64,000 nt of DNA. Origin: an uncultured delta proteobacterium (GTDB lineage Bacteria > Desulfobacterota > Syntrophia > Syntrophales > UBA2185). A program made the position numbers and the translations under genes. Below the pieces are notes generated by a model. It was not told the origin of the DNA and did no database searches. It worked only from the letters and a program-made list of their open reading frames with translations. This document shows, piece after piece, positions 62,422 to 64,000 of this stretch. Every line of letters begins with the position of its first letter. The stretch's first letter is position 1. The stretch lies in assembly GCA_963695875.1 (NCBI GenBank), contig CAVOID010000009.1, positions 128,001-192,000 on the forward strand, in the 5' to 3' direction.

Positions 62422-63210
62422 ATGAACGGGCATCATGATTTTCTCGAAGAGCTGAGTGCCGTCACTCGCAGGGCATGTCTCTACTTCCCCGAAATCATAG
62501 CCCCGGTAGAAGAAGCCTTTTTATGGAATGTGTCTCTTTCTCCTGAGCAGACCGATGAATATCTTGCACAGGGATGGCGGCATGTTTCCTGGTACTTCTA
62601 TCGCAACAATTGCAGTAATTGCCGGCGCTGCCTCCCGATCCGTGTGCCTGTGGACAAATTCAAACCTTCAAAGAGTCAGCGGCGTGTCCTTAAGAAAAAC
62701 GTGGAGACGGAATTTAAAATGTTCGAACCTGTGGACTTTGCGGTTAAGCACATCAAGCAAAGTCTATCACTGTACAACAGGTTTCTGGATATTCGCTATA
62801 ATAAAGCACCCCGTGATTTGGGCGAATACTACAACGAGTATTTTGTATCACCGGCACAAACCCTCGTCTCTACTTTGTTCATAAATGGCGAGCTTGCAGG
62901 CAATGGATTTCTTGATCTTGGAGAAACGTCCCTCTCAACAATCTACTTTTCTTTTGACCCGCAATTCAGTTCCTTCTCTCCCGGAACCTTCTCCATCCTT
63001 AAAGAGATTGAATGGGCCCGCAAAAACGGCCTTCAATATTACTATCTTGGATATTATATACGCGAGATCGGCGCCATGCGATACAAGGGGTTATTCAGGC
63101 CGTTCGAAATCCTTGATTTTAGCACAGGACGCTGGAACGAGACGGAACGCGATATTGGCATAGATGCGACGAGGAATACAAAACCGAAAACCAGACGATG
63201 GGTTGATTAA
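62422..63210 (+). CDS. Bpt/ATE-like aminoacyl-tRNA--protein transferase
   Basis: CLYFP, CSNCRRCLPIRV, SKSQRR, SPGTFSIL, YYYLGY..MRYK. Confidence 0.88.
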   Translation: MNGHHDFLEELSAVTRRACLYFPEIIAPVEEAFLWNVSLSPEQTDEYLAQGWRHVSWYFYRNNCSNCRRCLPIRVPVDKFKPSKSQRRVLKKNVETEFKMFEPVDFAVKHIKQSLSLYNRFLDIRYNKAPRDLGEYYNEYFVSPAQTLVSTLFINGELAGNGFLDLGETSLSTIYFSFDPQFSSFSPGTFSILKEIEWARKNGLQYYYLGYYIREIGAMRYKGLFRPFEILDFSTGRWNETERDIGIDATRNTKPKTRRWVD

Positions 63211-63227
63211 AACAATAAATATCTCAA

Positions 63228-63345
63228 TTGAAGCTATCCGCAGTAAACTGCGGAGAATCTTCGATCCACAAGGAATAATAATGTCTCCCCATTCGCTCGC
63301 TTGCCCCGCAGCAAGCTACAGGAATGCGCTCGCTGCCGGATTCAA
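63228..63345 (+). repeat. ~118-bp dispersed element (family A)
   Basis: Colinear with 24393-24509. Confidence 0.85.
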
Positions 63346-64000
63346 TCCTAATATCTTTTTCAATCTCGCCGCATTTTTCGGGGCATACCCGCCGAAATCG
63401 TTGTCAAAATAAACGTAAGTATCTCTGTTCCATACCAATATTTTCCGGGCCCATGTCCGTAGTTCTTCATCCGTATAGTCCGATGCATAGAGTTTTCTGG
63501 ACCCGTGAAGACGGATGTAGATAAAGTCAGCCGTGACCGTTTCGCTATAGGGATAACGACCGGCGGTATCTGATATGCAGAAGGCAATCCGATGTTTCTC
63601 CAGCTTTGCAAGAACGATTTCTTCCAGCCAGCTCTTATGGCGTACCTCAAGCGTGCAGCGATGACGGTACTTTTCCAGACTTGTGCAAAATTCTTCAAAA
63701 ACACCTTCATTAAAGGCAAGGCCCGGCGGCAATTGAAAAAGGACAGGCCCAAGTTTTTCTTTCAGTATCCCGGCAGCACTGAAAAATCGCTCCAGGGATT
63801 CACCGGTATCCTTTAAACGCTTGATATGTGTGATATACCGGCTCGCCTTGACAGCCCACAAAAACCCTTCCGGCGTTTTTCGTCTCCAGTTTTCTAAAGT
63901 TTCCGGCCTGGGCTGCCGATAAAAGGTTGTATTTACTTCGACAGTTGTGAAGTTCCGGGCATAGTACTGAAGCCATTTGGATATCGGGCACCCATGGGGA
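63316..64000 (-). CDS. DUF72 family protein, 5' end off window
   Basis: Frame open to window edge: TVEVNTTFY, KASRYITH, LFQLPP, YIRLHG, VYFDND. Confidence 0.92.
   Translation of the reverse strand, partial: PHGCPISKWLQYYARNFTTVEVNTTFYRQPRPETLENWRRKTPEGFLWAVKASRYITHIKRLKDTGESLERFFSAAGILKEKLGPVLFQLPPGLAFNEGVFEEFCTSLEKYRHRCTLEVRHKSWLEEIVLAKLEKHRIAFCISDTAGRYPYSETVTADFIYIRLHGSRKLYASDYTDEELRTWARKILVWNRDTYVYFDNDFGGYAPKNAARLKKILGLNPAASAFL

Overview
64 kb of bacterial chromosome. Gene content and regulatory motifs point to an anaerobic deltaproteobacterium (Desulfobacterota/Syntrophales-like; inferred from nifSU-cysE, ResB/CcsA, PEP-CTERM with sigma54, and a GTGTTAC-N13-GTAACAC NikR-type box). No rRNA, tRNA, CRISPR or intact transposase was seen. 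Content: two M16 peptidases, glycogen phosphorylase and a glycogen-synthase-like enzyme, a PRTase/hydrolase/EndoQ cluster, a nickel-uptake-like operon, cytochrome c biogenesis genes, a divergent CysRS paralog, MATE/MFS/ABC/MgtA transporters, fumC, msrAB, menA, a solo AIPR gene, flavoproteins, CobB, a PAS kinase, a Bpt-like transferase and DUF72. About 11 single-base frameshifts are probably assembly errors. Best leads: (1) a recurrent promoter architecture, CTWCCAT-N4-CTWCCAT-N10-TTG(-35)-N17-TAnnnT, at five promoters including both glycogen genes; (2) a CysRS paralog with a rebuilt amino-acid/Zn pocket and no anticodon-binding tail; (3) a 66-aa lipoprotein that is almost only lipobox plus PEP-CTERM, behind a triplicated enhancer and a sigma54 promoter; (4) a NikR-boxed operon whose four products start with His and include an outer-membrane barrel; (5) several short palindromic repeat families. 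All family assignments come from motif recognition by eye; no database searches were run.
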